The position numbers were made by a program, and so were the translations under genes. A DNA stretch of 64,000 nucleotides. Origin: a virus. The notes below the pieces were generated by a model. The model was not told the DNA's origin, searched no databases, and was given only the letters and a program-made list of their open reading frames with translations. The stretch's first letter is position 1. Each line of letters starts with the position of its first letter. Shown here piece by piece: positions 51,093 to 59,764 of the stretch. Where the stretch lies: the IMG/VR virus record IMGVR_UViG_3300028025_004617, positions 39,959-103,958 of that record. The stretch is one strand, 5' to 3'.

Positions 51093-52532
51093 TTAAAATG
51101 CAATGATTTTAGAGTCATATTCGTTTATTATATAATCACCATTTTCATCCAAAAGACCATCCGTGATAAATTCAGTTAATTCATCCTCACATTTAACCCC
51201 ACACTCAACAATTTCAAAATTTGGTTTTATCTCAGTTAAGTAATGGTGTCTTACTCTTGGGAAATTTAATGGCTCCTCAAAATACTTTATTGATTTTATA
51301 TTAAAACAACAAGACCCATCAGGTTCATTACTTACTCCACCCCAAGATTGTATAAATGGTTGTATACCCCTATTTGAAGCAATTATCTCCTCAAAGTTTT
51401 CTTTTTTATAAATTAAATTACCATTTAAGTATATTTTTAAAACACCTAATCTTTTTTGTGACTCTTCTTCCCATTTTTTATTTAAAATTGGATCTTCATT
51501 ATGTATTGCAATTTGTGTTGATGTTGATTTAGAATCTAAATCTACATATTCATACACTCTAAATTCTGGAATTAAGTCATTTACCCCACCCTCATTCTCA
51601 AGTTCACAATCTTGATAGTGTTTGTATCTATCAAAAACAATTGTAACGTTAAAATCATCGGTTAAACCTGTTGTACATAATCTTGGGGTTACTCCGACTT
51701 CGGTGTAATAATTTTCAGAATATCCACTTGATGGATTACAATTTCCACTATAATGAACCGCATTGTATTCTATCCTACCGTCGTTTGTAAATTTAAATAA
51801 TAAACTATTGTCGGCGGTTTCTGTAATACTTGTACTACCCCTTACCCCATAATAATAGAATATATTACCATCTGACCAAGGTATACTCTCCCTATTAAAG
51901 ACAAAATCCAAAGTCCACCCTTTTTCTGTTCTTTGTTTTATTATCGGTGAAGTACAATTAGTTCCAGGCTGAATAAATTGGTAAGCCCAAGGTTTACTTG
52001 ATAACTTTTGGGTTATTGGACAACAATCTCTCGACCCCAAGACACTTAATTTAGATGTACATTTATAATATTCGTTACTGAACTTATTCACAATTTCCTC
52101 ACTCGAGTTACCCATATTAGGGTTAAAAGATAATGGATTATTATATCCCGTTATTCTCATATAATGAACCTCCCCCGTAATCCCCTCAAATATAAAAACG
52201 TCATTATTCAATATTATCTTTTTATAATAATGAGATATAAAGTTAGTAAGACCAGTATAAGATATGGTGGTTGTTAACGCCGAGTACGGATAATTTGCGT
52301 CATTTACTCTATTATCATACTCCGTTAATGTAATTGTTGTCCGATCACAATCAAAATCAGTTAAATTAGTATCAATTACCAATGTAGAATAAACTATAGG
52401 AGTGTTCAAATCTATCGCCTTATCATCATAGTCACCCTGAGTTTTGGATATTTCGTAATCATATAATTCGGAAGAATCTAATTTTAATTCCAATCTTGAC
52501 CCATAAAAATTTAAAATATTCTGTCTATTCAT
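51093..52532 (-). CDS. Virion protein with lectin/LamG-like region; start re-assigned to MNRQNIL
   Basis: GWTLDFVF, LKIYLNG motifs; the late motif at 52539-52545 lies inside the longer ORF call, which supports the downstream start. Confidence 0.55.
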   Translation of the reverse strand: MNRQNILNFYGSRLELKLDSSELYDYEISKTQGDYDDKAIDLNTPIVYSTLVIDTNLTDFDCDRTTITLTEYDNRVNDANYPYSALTTTISYTGLTNFISHYYKKIILNNDVFIFEGITGEVHYMRITGYNNPLSFNPNMGNSSEEIVNKFSNEYYKCTSKLSVLGSRDCCPITQKLSSKPWAYQFIQPGTNCTSPIIKQRTEKGWTLDFVFNRESIPWSDGNIFYYYGVRGSTSITETADNSLLFKFTNDGRIEYNAVHYSGNCNPSSGYSENYYTEVGVTPRLCTTGLTDDFNVTIVFDRYKHYQDCELENEGGVNDLIPEFRVYEYVDLDSKSTSTQIAIHNEDPILNKKWEEESQKRLGVLKIYLNGNLIYKKENFEEIIASNRGIQPFIQSWGGVSNEPDGSCCFNIKSIKYFEEPLNFPRVRHHYLTEIKPNFEIVECGVKCEDELTEFITDGLLDENGDYIINEYDSKIIAF

Positions 52533-52537
52533 GTTTA

Positions 52538-52570
52538 TATAAATATCTTTCATAAGATTTGATATTTATA
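52538..52570. promoter_or_regulatory. Back-to-back divergent late promoters
   Basis: Perfect 10-bp inverted repeat TATAAATATC / GATATTTATA between divergent genes. Confidence 0.7.
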
Positions 52571-52585
52571 ATAAAACCGATTTAG

Positions 52586-53338
52586 ATGAATAATTTTATA
52601 AAACAGGTAATTGAGGAGAAATTTGCATCAAAAGCACAGCAAAGGTTCTTTTATGCAAAGGCTAATGAAAAGGGTGCACCTAAGAAGGAAAAGAAGAAAT
52701 GGAAGAAATGGGCGGGTGAATTTTCAGATAAAACAAATTACGATGAGATACCTGATAAGGTTGAAGAGAAAGAAGTGGATGAGATTGTAGATAAAAGTGG
52801 TAACATTGCAAGGGGTAAGAAACCGACAAATTTTAATACAAAAGGAATTACGCAAAATAAAACAACCGATGAAGTTGTTAAAAGTGCTAGCGGTCAAACA
52901 TCGTTGTCGCCAAGTTTAGGTTTTGGGTATAGAAGATATTGGGCAGAATCCGATATGAGTAAATCATTGGGATATGATGACACTTTAGGTCAAGACGCTA
53001 ATTATGATGATGCAAAGGATCATTTTGAAGATGATTTAGGTTTAACAGACGATGAAGCTGAAGAAAGATTAGCCAAAATGGGATACGATGAGAAACTAAA
53101 AAATACCGATAAAGTTAGATTAGTGGAGAACCCTAAAAAATTCATGGAAGAATATATTGAAAGTATTTTAGCTAAAAAATCTAAAGATAGTGAGATTGTT
53201 TCTAACGAAGGTGACCAAATGGAAGAAAAAGAAATAAATCCAATTGTTGCAAAACAATTAAAATCTCTTAAAAATACTTTAAAAAGTCATAATTTATCTG
53301 TTAGTGATATTATGAAACACTTGAAAGACAATGAATAA
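52586..53338 (+). CDS. Hypothetical charged protein (250 aa), possible internal head protein
   Basis: N-terminal IKQVIEE followed by FASKAQQRFFYA motif; late motif upstream. Confidence 0.6.
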   Translation: MNNFIKQVIEEKFASKAQQRFFYAKANEKGAPKKEKKKWKKWAGEFSDKTNYDEIPDKVEEKEVDEIVDKSGNIARGKKPTNFNTKGITQNKTTDEVVKSASGQTSLSPSLGFGYRRYWAESDMSKSLGYDDTLGQDANYDDAKDHFEDDLGLTDDEAEERLAKMGYDEKLKNTDKVRLVENPKKFMEEYIESILAKKSKDSEIVSNEGDQMEEKEINPIVAKQLKSLKNTLKSHNLSVSDIMKHLKDNE

Positions 53339-53828
53339 TCATTTAAAAGATAGGGTTTTTAACATTCCACAAAACATACTGCATAAAATCAGTCAAAGAG
53401 TTATGCATTTAAATGGGGAATATGTTGACGGGAAAGATAGGGCTGAAAAGTTACTTAAAGATGGAACAGTAAAATATGGTCAATTAAAGAAAATTATCCA
53501 TGAATTAACATATATGGATAAAGTTAAAGATAAATTAAAATATGAATTGGCTGGCGGAGATTTGATGAAAGAATGGTCAAAAACATATTTACAAGGTGAA
53601 AGAGACATGGTGAGTAATAATCAAGATTCAAGAAAAAGAGCCGACGAGATTGGTGCAATTAGTGGTGAGCGTTCAAATAGTCACCTTAAAACACACTCAA
53701 AAAAATCAAGTACATTCCCATCGTTGAATATGATGAAAAATAATTCACATAAAAATACAATAAGCCCAATAGTATCTTTGGGGTTATTTGAACAAATTGA
53801 AAAATTTAAAAAATTAATACGTTATTAA
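53331..53828 (+). CDS. Hypothetical protein (165 aa) with C-terminal LFEQIEKFKKLIRY tag
   Basis: Operon-coupled ORF carrying the shared terminal motif. Confidence 0.65.
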   Translation: MNNHLKDRVFNIPQNILHKISQRVMHLNGEYVDGKDRAEKLLKDGTVKYGQLKKIIHELTYMDKVKDKLKYELAGGDLMKEWSKTYLQGERDMVSNNQDSRKRADEIGAISGERSNSHLKTHSKKSSTFPSLNMMKNNSHKNTISPIVSLGLFEQIEKFKKLIRY

Positions 53829-53829
53829 T

Positions 53830-54207
53830 ATGGCAACACAATTAGAAATCTTAGCACAGAAGTTTAGAACCGAAATTTTAGGACCAAACATCTATAACGA
53901 AGAAAAATTCTATTCTTCCACAAATAAAAACGCTTTATCTGATGGTGACGTTAGAGGTAAGGGTGAACTAGATAATTCAATAGGTTCGTCTGTTGATGTC
54001 CAAAATAGAATTGATAATGTTGGAAGAAACAGATTTAACAAAGAAAATAATTACTCTTCGATAAATAAAGATGCTCTATCTGATGGTGACGAAAAGGGTA
54101 AGGGTGAATTAGATGGTAAAGTTGGGTCATTAACCGATATTAAATCAAGAACTGATGTTGTTGCAAGAAACAAATACAACTCATCAAAAAGGTATCCTGA
54201 TTTTTAA
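53830..54207 (+). CDS. Hypothetical protein with an internal ~47-aa duplication
   Basis: YSS.NK.ALSDGD..GKGELD...GS..D...R....RN..N occurs twice. Confidence 0.7.
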   Translation: MATQLEILAQKFRTEILGPNIYNEEKFYSSTNKNALSDGDVRGKGELDNSIGSSVDVQNRIDNVGRNRFNKENNYSSINKDALSDGDEKGKGELDGKVGSLTDIKSRTDVVARNKYNSSKRYPDF

Positions 54208-54210
54208 TTT

Positions 54211-55056
54211 ATGAATATAAATAAAATATTCTTCAACGTAATTGAAGAACAAAACATATTAAAGACAACAAAAACCAAACCTATAGTTGATGCCATCAAA
54301 AATAGGAATATGATTACATTTTATTATTCGGGTCCCCAAAAACCTAAAAAAGATAGTGTAAAAAATGGTTATAGAGTAAGGGCGGAGGCGGTTGCTTTAG
54401 GTCTTTCTAAAAAGGGTAATTTAATTGTTAGAGCTTGGGTTCAACCTCCATCAGTTTCTAAAAAGGGATTTGCAAAACACGGGTGGAGAACTTTTATTGT
54501 TGGTAGAATGAGTAATGTTGAAGTTACCGATGAAATTTTTAACGGGAAAAGACCACAATATAAGGAAGGTTCCGATAATTCAATGACAACAACATACGTC
54601 ACAACAAATTGGGGTACAACATCAGATATTAAAAAAGTAGAAAAACCAACACCAACGGTTACTAAACCCGAACCAACAAAACCTCCGGTTAGTAAAGTTA
54701 CAGCCGAACCAACCAAAGTTGCACCAACTGAACCCACTAAACCTGAAGAATTACCTCAACCAAAACCTCAGGAAAAACCAAGTGCATTACCACAAAATGA
54801 TGATAATCAAGATTATGAGGTTAAACAAAAGGAATTATATAAAACTAAACAGACCGATTGGATTAATAAACAAAAAGAGATTGGTGGTAATATAAAACCG
54901 GGTCAGGGTACAAGAGAAAGATTTAAAAAAGAAGTAGAGAAGGAATTACCACAACCAGAAACAGAAAAAAAACCAGACGTTAATCCTGAAGAAGATATTG
55001 AAGGAAAAAATCTACAGGAAAGTTTAAAAAGAATTAAACGTTTAATGTTTTATTAA
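54211..55056 (+). CDS. Stand-alone WYL-domain protein with Pro/Lys/Glu-rich tail
   Basis: IVDAIKNRNMITFYY...R...LG......VRAW...GWRTFIVGRM matches the WYL fold pattern. Confidence 0.75.
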   Translation: MNINKIFFNVIEEQNILKTTKTKPIVDAIKNRNMITFYYSGPQKPKKDSVKNGYRVRAEAVALGLSKKGNLIVRAWVQPPSVSKKGFAKHGWRTFIVGRMSNVEVTDEIFNGKRPQYKEGSDNSMTTTYVTTNWGTTSDIKKVEKPTPTVTKPEPTKPPVSKVTAEPTKVAPTEPTKPEELPQPKPQEKPSALPQNDDNQDYEVKQKELYKTKQTDWINKQKEIGGNIKPGQGTRERFKKEVEKELPQPETEKKPDVNPEEDIEGKNLQESLKRIKRLMFY

Positions 55057-55094
55057 AAAAGGTTATTATTTAAAATATAAAAATATTTATTAGT

Positions 55095-55670
55095 ATGTCA
55101 CAACAAGGAGTAATATCGTCAAATGATTTAATGCACAAATTAGTTCAAGCTAAAAAAGTTATGAACAAAGTAGATGGTGGTAACTATCAGAGAGGTCAAG
55201 TAGATGAAAGTATCTTAAGATCAGCACCTGAAGATGTGATGAACAATACACAAATGCAATCAAACCCATCATCACAAAGACCGGTGAGTACTCCGAATGT
55301 TAATCAAATTCAAAATTCTAAATTACCTGAAGCAATTAAAAGAGCTATGATTGAAAACCCAATTCCTCAAATATCTTTAAATGATACATTGGATATGGAC
55401 TTTGTCAAAGGTGCAAAACGTTTGATGGAACAAGAGGGTGTTAGTACAAAACCTTCACAATCAAAACAAACGAACACTAACATCGGGAGTAATATTGATA
55501 TGAACGCCATTGCGGTTCTTATTGAAAATACCGTTCGTAAAGTTATGGATGAAAAATTAAATCAAATTTTAACAGCATCACAAACCTCATCCATCAATGA
55601 AAATTTAGTCCTAAAGGTTGGAGATTCAATATTCAAAGGAAAAATTACTGGCGTAAATAAGGCTAAGTAA
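55095..55670 (+). CDS. Hypothetical protein (191 aa)
   Basis: Late motif 4 nt upstream; SKLPEAIKRAMIENPI and C-terminal LKVGDSIFKGKI. Confidence 0.7.
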   Translation: MSQQGVISSNDLMHKLVQAKKVMNKVDGGNYQRGQVDESILRSAPEDVMNNTQMQSNPSSQRPVSTPNVNQIQNSKLPEAIKRAMIENPIPQISLNDTLDMDFVKGAKRLMEQEGVSTKPSQSKQTNTNIGSNIDMNAIAVLIENTVRKVMDEKLNQILTASQTSSINENLVLKVGDSIFKGKITGVNKAK

Positions 55671-55720
55671 TTTGTTTTTTCATTTTTTTTTCGTATATTT
55701 TAGACATATAAAGTAATATA

Positions 55721-56947
55721 ATGTCAAAAATCAAAATTTTAGCAATACCTCCCGATAGATATGGGGTCGGTAAATTTAGAATGTTAGACCCGTTTAAATA
55801 TATTGGGGATAACCATTCAGAAGATGTTCACGTCGATTTAGTTTTCAGTTTAGAAAATAGAGACGAATTATTTGAAGGGTACGATATCGTTATTTTCCAT
55901 TCATTCATACATCAAACAACACATAAAGAAAACATAGATCGTATTAATTGGTTAAAATCAAAAGGAGTTAAGGTCATTATGGACATTGACGATATGTGGT
56001 TTGTTGACCAACGACACCCAATGTATTACCAAATTAAACAAAGTGGTATGGGTGAAATGAAAATTGAAATGTTAAAATTAGTTGATTACGTTTCAACAAC
56101 CACACCTATTTTTGCAAATACAATTAAAGAAAGATTAAAAGTAAAAAACATTGAAATATTTCCAAATGCAGTTAATGATGAAGAAATACAATTTCAATCA
56201 AATTCTGATAAATCAGATAAAGTTAGGTTTGGTTGGTTAGGTGGATCCTCTCATTTATATGATTTAGAATTACTAACTAATGGTATATCAACAACATTCA
56301 ATTCATTTAAAGATAAGGTACAATTTGTATTGTGTGGTTTTGACTTAAGAGGTAATGTTACTGAAGTCGATATGAAAACAGGTGCAAAAAGAGAAAGACC
56401 TATCCAACCTATGGAAACAGTTTGGTATAAGTACGAAAAAATATTCACAGATAATTTTAAAGTGTTAAGTCCGGAGTATAAATCATTCTTAGGTACTTTT
56501 GTTCAAGGTGATTATAATGACATTAATGAACCATATAGAAGAAGGTGGACACAGGATGTTTCAAAGTATGCATTGAATTATAATACTTTTGATGTATCTT
56601 TGGCACCATTGGTTGAGTCGGTATTTAACGCGAATAAATCACAATTAAAAGTTATTGAGGCGGGATTCCATAAAAAGGCATTAATAGCAAGTGAAACTAA
56701 TCCGTATACGTTAGATTTAATTTCCGCGGTTGATAATGGTGTTGTAAACAATAAAGGAAATGCTTTATTGGTGAACCCTAAAAGAAACCATAAGGATTGG
56801 GCTAAACATATGAAAAGATTAGTTGAAAACCCTAATTTAATTGAGGATTTAGGTAATCGTTTATATGAAACAGTAAAAGATACATACTCATTAAAAAAAG
56901 TATGTAAAGATAGAGTAGAGTTTTTCAAATCAATTATAAACAAATAA
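55721..56947 (+). CDS. Glycosyltransferase, GT-B fold (GT4-like)
   Basis: IMDIDD, FPNA, RFGWLGGSSHLYDL, DVSLAPL..SVFNANKSQLKVIEAG. Confidence 0.88.
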   Translation: MSKIKILAIPPDRYGVGKFRMLDPFKYIGDNHSEDVHVDLVFSLENRDELFEGYDIVIFHSFIHQTTHKENIDRINWLKSKGVKVIMDIDDMWFVDQRHPMYYQIKQSGMGEMKIEMLKLVDYVSTTTPIFANTIKERLKVKNIEIFPNAVNDEEIQFQSNSDKSDKVRFGWLGGSSHLYDLELLTNGISTTFNSFKDKVQFVLCGFDLRGNVTEVDMKTGAKRERPIQPMETVWYKYEKIFTDNFKVLSPEYKSFLGTFVQGDYNDINEPYRRRWTQDVSKYALNYNTFDVSLAPLVESVFNANKSQLKVIEAGFHKKALIASETNPYTLDLISAVDNGVVNNKGNALLVNPKRNHKDWAKHMKRLVENPNLIEDLGNRLYETVKDTYSLKKVCKDRVEFFKSIINK

Positions 56948-56959
56948 AAAAAAACAATT

Positions 56960-57190
56960 ATGCATTACACAGTAACAGTAGGATATGAATCCGAACAATT
57001 AGACAGAGAGGGTAACCCACGTTTAACAAAATCAAACATCATTGTTCAAGCTGAATCAAACGCAGAGGCAAATATTACCGCTTCTAAATTTTTAGCTGGA
57101 GACATTCGTCCAAGTCAAATTATCGATGTAAAGAAATTAAAAATCGATTGTGTCATTGACGAAAAGAACACACCTGAGTATTATAGATAA
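56960..57190 (+). CDS. DUF4494-like small protein
   Basis: V.YE....G.......V.A.S..EA pattern resembles Bacteroidota DUF4494 (recognised from memory). Confidence 0.5.
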   Translation: MHYTVTVGYESEQLDREGNPRLTKSNIIVQAESNAEANITASKFLAGDIRPSQIIDVKKLKIDCVIDEKNTPEYYR

Positions 57191-57212
57191 TAACAATTAA
57201 ACACCAACTGAA

Positions 57213-57434
57213 ATGGATTTCTACGGAAGAGATATACAAATTATGCGTCAATCGCAAAGTAAAATGGCTTTAGAATACCTCAATTCAGTTGGTGTTCAAG
57301 TTACATTTGAAGAACTACAAAGGGTAACGGATGTGTTTGTTGAGTGTTGTTTACGACCTCAAGATAACGACTTAAAGGAAAGAGTTAAGAAGTTAGATAA
57401 ATGGATCACAGACAAAAAAGAAAAAAATGGATAA
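57213..57434 (+). CDS. Hypothetical protein (73 aa)
   Basis: Operon-coupled ORF; IMRQSQSK motif. Confidence 0.65.
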   Translation: MDFYGRDIQIMRQSQSKMALEYLNSVGVQVTFEELQRVTDVFVECCLRPQDNDLKERVKKLDKWITDKKEKNG

Positions 57435-58026
57435 AGATAGTCTTGAAGAATATTTAAAAAAATTAAAAGAATTTGAATCTGATTTAAGTTCAGATGACGA
57501 AGTTGATGATGAATTTTTTACCCAAATAAATAAAGTTTTAGGTAATTTAATGGACGACGTATCAAAAGATAAAATCGTACCAAATCCATCTTCATTTGAA
57601 ATTCCCGTAAAAGTAAAAAAACTACATGAGAACGCAGTGATACCATCCTACTCAAAAGATGGTGATGCGGGAATGGATTTAACAATAACAAGAGAAATTG
57701 AGAATACTACCTCAAGCGTATCATATGGTTTTGGACTTGCATTTGAAATACCAAAAGGATACGTTGGTTTGGTGTTTCCTCGTTCATCCATTCGCAATCA
57801 AGAGTTACTATTATCAAACTCTGTTGGTGTTATCGATAGTGGTTATAGGGGAGAAATACAAGCCACTTTTGTCAAAACAAATGGTTTAGACTCTATGAAA
57901 TATAAGGTAGGTGAAAGAGGGGCTCAAATCATAATTATTCCTTTTCCTAAAGTAACAATAGTTGAAAGTGACGAATTATCCAACACCGAAAGAGGTGATG
58001 GTGGGTTCGGGAGTACAGGTAAATAG
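57427..58026 (+). CDS. dut: Trimeric dUTPase with acidic N-terminal extension
   Basis: AGMDL, PRSS, GVIDSGYRGEI, AQ, RGDGGFGSTG: all five motifs present. Confidence 0.97.
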   Translation: MDKDSLEEYLKKLKEFESDLSSDDEVDDEFFTQINKVLGNLMDDVSKDKIVPNPSSFEIPVKVKKLHENAVIPSYSKDGDAGMDLTITREIENTTSSVSYGFGLAFEIPKGYVGLVFPRSSIRNQELLLSNSVGVIDSGYRGEIQATFVKTNGLDSMKYKVGERGAQIIIIPFPKVTIVESDELSNTERGDGGFGSTGK

Positions 58027-58067
58027 AGATATTTATTAAAAATAAAGAACAATTAAAAACACATATT

Positions 58068-58796
58068 TTGGCAGTAAAACCTAGAACTAGTAGAACCCAA
58101 CCACCTGTATTAGTGGAAGATAGAAAAATCACACATAAGGATAGAATTAGACAAATCATAAAAAAACCAAAAGAAAAGTTCTTAACTAAAAATCAAGAAA
58201 CATATTGGAATATATTGGGGGATAATCAAATTACCCTTTGTTTTGGTCCTGCAGGTGTTGGTAAATCATACATTGCAATGAAAAGAGCAGTGGATTTATT
58301 ACATGATGATTCTAACAAATATGAAAAAATTATTATTGTTAGACCAGCAGTTGAAGCTGAAGAAAAGTTAGGCTCATTGCCTGGCGGTTTGGAAGAAAAG
58401 TTAGACCCATACATTTATCCATCTTATTATCTATTAAATAAAATTATAGGTAAAGAAGCTAGAGAACAATTAAAAGATGAAGGATATATTGAAGTTGCTG
58501 CACTTGCATATATGAGAGGATGGAACGTGGATAACACAATATTAGTTTTTGAAGAAGCACAAAATGCAACTCCTGCACAGATAAAATTATTACTAACCCG
58601 TATTGGTTATAATTCTAAATTTTTTCTATCGGGGGATTTAGAACAATCAGATAAATTCAAAGACAAAACTAAATCCGGTTTATACGATGCAAAGAAAAGA
58701 TTAGGTGATGTCAAAGGAATTGGTGTTTTTGAATTTGGTATGGAAGATATTGTAAGAAACCCAATCATATCAGAAATTCTTAATAGATACGATTAA
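58068..58796 (+). CDS. phoH: PhoH-family ATPase
   Basis: GPAGVGKS, RPAVE, LGSLPG, YMRG, EEAQN, GDLEQSD, DIVRNP. Confidence 0.96.
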   Translation: MAVKPRTSRTQPPVLVEDRKITHKDRIRQIIKKPKEKFLTKNQETYWNILGDNQITLCFGPAGVGKSYIAMKRAVDLLHDDSNKYEKIIIVRPAVEAEEKLGSLPGGLEEKLDPYIYPSYYLLNKIIGKEAREQLKDEGYIEVAALAYMRGWNVDNTILVFEEAQNATPAQIKLLLTRIGYNSKFFLSGDLEQSDKFKDKTKSGLYDAKKRLGDVKGIGVFEFGMEDIVRNPIISEILNRYD

Positions 58797-58816
58797 CAAT
58801 AAAGTTAATTTTGCAC

Positions 58817-58860
58817 AATAAACCCACATCGTTTATCATAATGGTGTGGGTTTATTATTT
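58817..58860 (+). terminator. Terminator after phoH
   Basis: AATAAACCCACA...TGTGGGTTTATT stem followed by T-rich sequence. Confidence 0.7.
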
Positions 58861-58892
58861 ACTTATAACATATTTGATGGTATATTTACTCA

Positions 58893-59546
58893 ATGGAAGT
58901 ATACATTAGTATCGATGGTGTTTTAAGAAACACAATACAAAAATTCGAATATCATTACAACGAAGCATTTTTAGTGGATGATGTTGTAATTGAAGATAAT
59001 ACATTTGACTATGGTGTGACCGAGCCAATAGAAAACGATAATTTAATGAACTCATACAGATTCCAGTCAAAGGAAGAGTATGAGTTTTTTACGTTTATGG
59101 AATATCCAATTGAAATATTTGGTCATGCGGGATTAAGTTATTCAACAACATTTACAGATTTACATAAAATGATTTATGATAATCAAGAACATAATTTTAC
59201 TTTGATTGGATTAGATGAATTAGGTAAATCAAAACCAGCAACATTATTCTTTTTATCAAAAAATGGATTTTTAGGTAATAATATTAAATTTGATAAAAGT
59301 GATAACATTAAAGAGTTGTGGAAGAAATGTGATGTTTGGATTACCGATAAAAAACTTGTGTTAGATGAATGTCCAGAAGATAAGGTTGCCATCAAATTTA
59401 ATACCAAATATAATGCACACTTTACTTATAAAAAAGAAATATCTAAATTAACTGAAATACAAGAACCATGGTTGAACTATTCGGAAAAAACTACTACATT
59501 GATATCGATGGAATCACAGACAAATGTAGAACAAACAAAACAGTAG
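58893..59546 (+). CDS. HAD-superfamily 5'(3')-deoxyribonucleotidase-like protein with degenerate motif I
   Basis: ISIDGVLRN, KPATLFFLSK, CDVWITD, KFNTKYN pattern. Confidence 0.65.
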   Translation: MEVYISIDGVLRNTIQKFEYHYNEAFLVDDVVIEDNTFDYGVTEPIENDNLMNSYRFQSKEEYEFFTFMEYPIEIFGHAGLSYSTTFTDLHKMIYDNQEHNFTLIGLDELGKSKPATLFFLSKNGFLGNNIKFDKSDNIKELWKKCDVWITDKKLVLDECPEDKVAIKFNTKYNAHFTYKKEISKLTEIQEPWLNYSEKTTTLISMESQTNVEQTKQ

Positions 59547-59764
59547 AAGAAGATGATGAAGATGAGGGGGCAACCGAAATCAACATTTTCAAATACGAAA
59601 TAATAAAAATGTGTTTAGAAAGAGTGTTAGGTGAAATTGACGATGTGGACGAAGAAATGGGAATGTTCGCAAAAAATACCACTACAACATCTTTTAAAAT
59701 TGCATTTAATACACTAATAAAATATAAAATCTTAATTGAAGAATTAAACGAAGACGATGAGTAA
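59468..59764 (+). CDS. Hypothetical acidic protein (98 aa)
   Basis: YYIDID...KYEIIKMCLE...FKIAFNTL; coupled to the next gene. Confidence 0.7.
   Translation: MVELFGKNYYIDIDGITDKCRTNKTVEEDDEDEGATEINIFKYEIIKMCLERVLGEIDDVDEEMGMFAKNTTTTSFKIAFNTLIKYKILIEELNEDDE

Noticed and set aside
59468-59546. 79-nt overlap of the HAD-like gene and the next ORF as a frameshift
   Set aside because: The downstream ORF has its own ATG and the HAD domain seems complete before the overlap; a simple gene overlap explains it.
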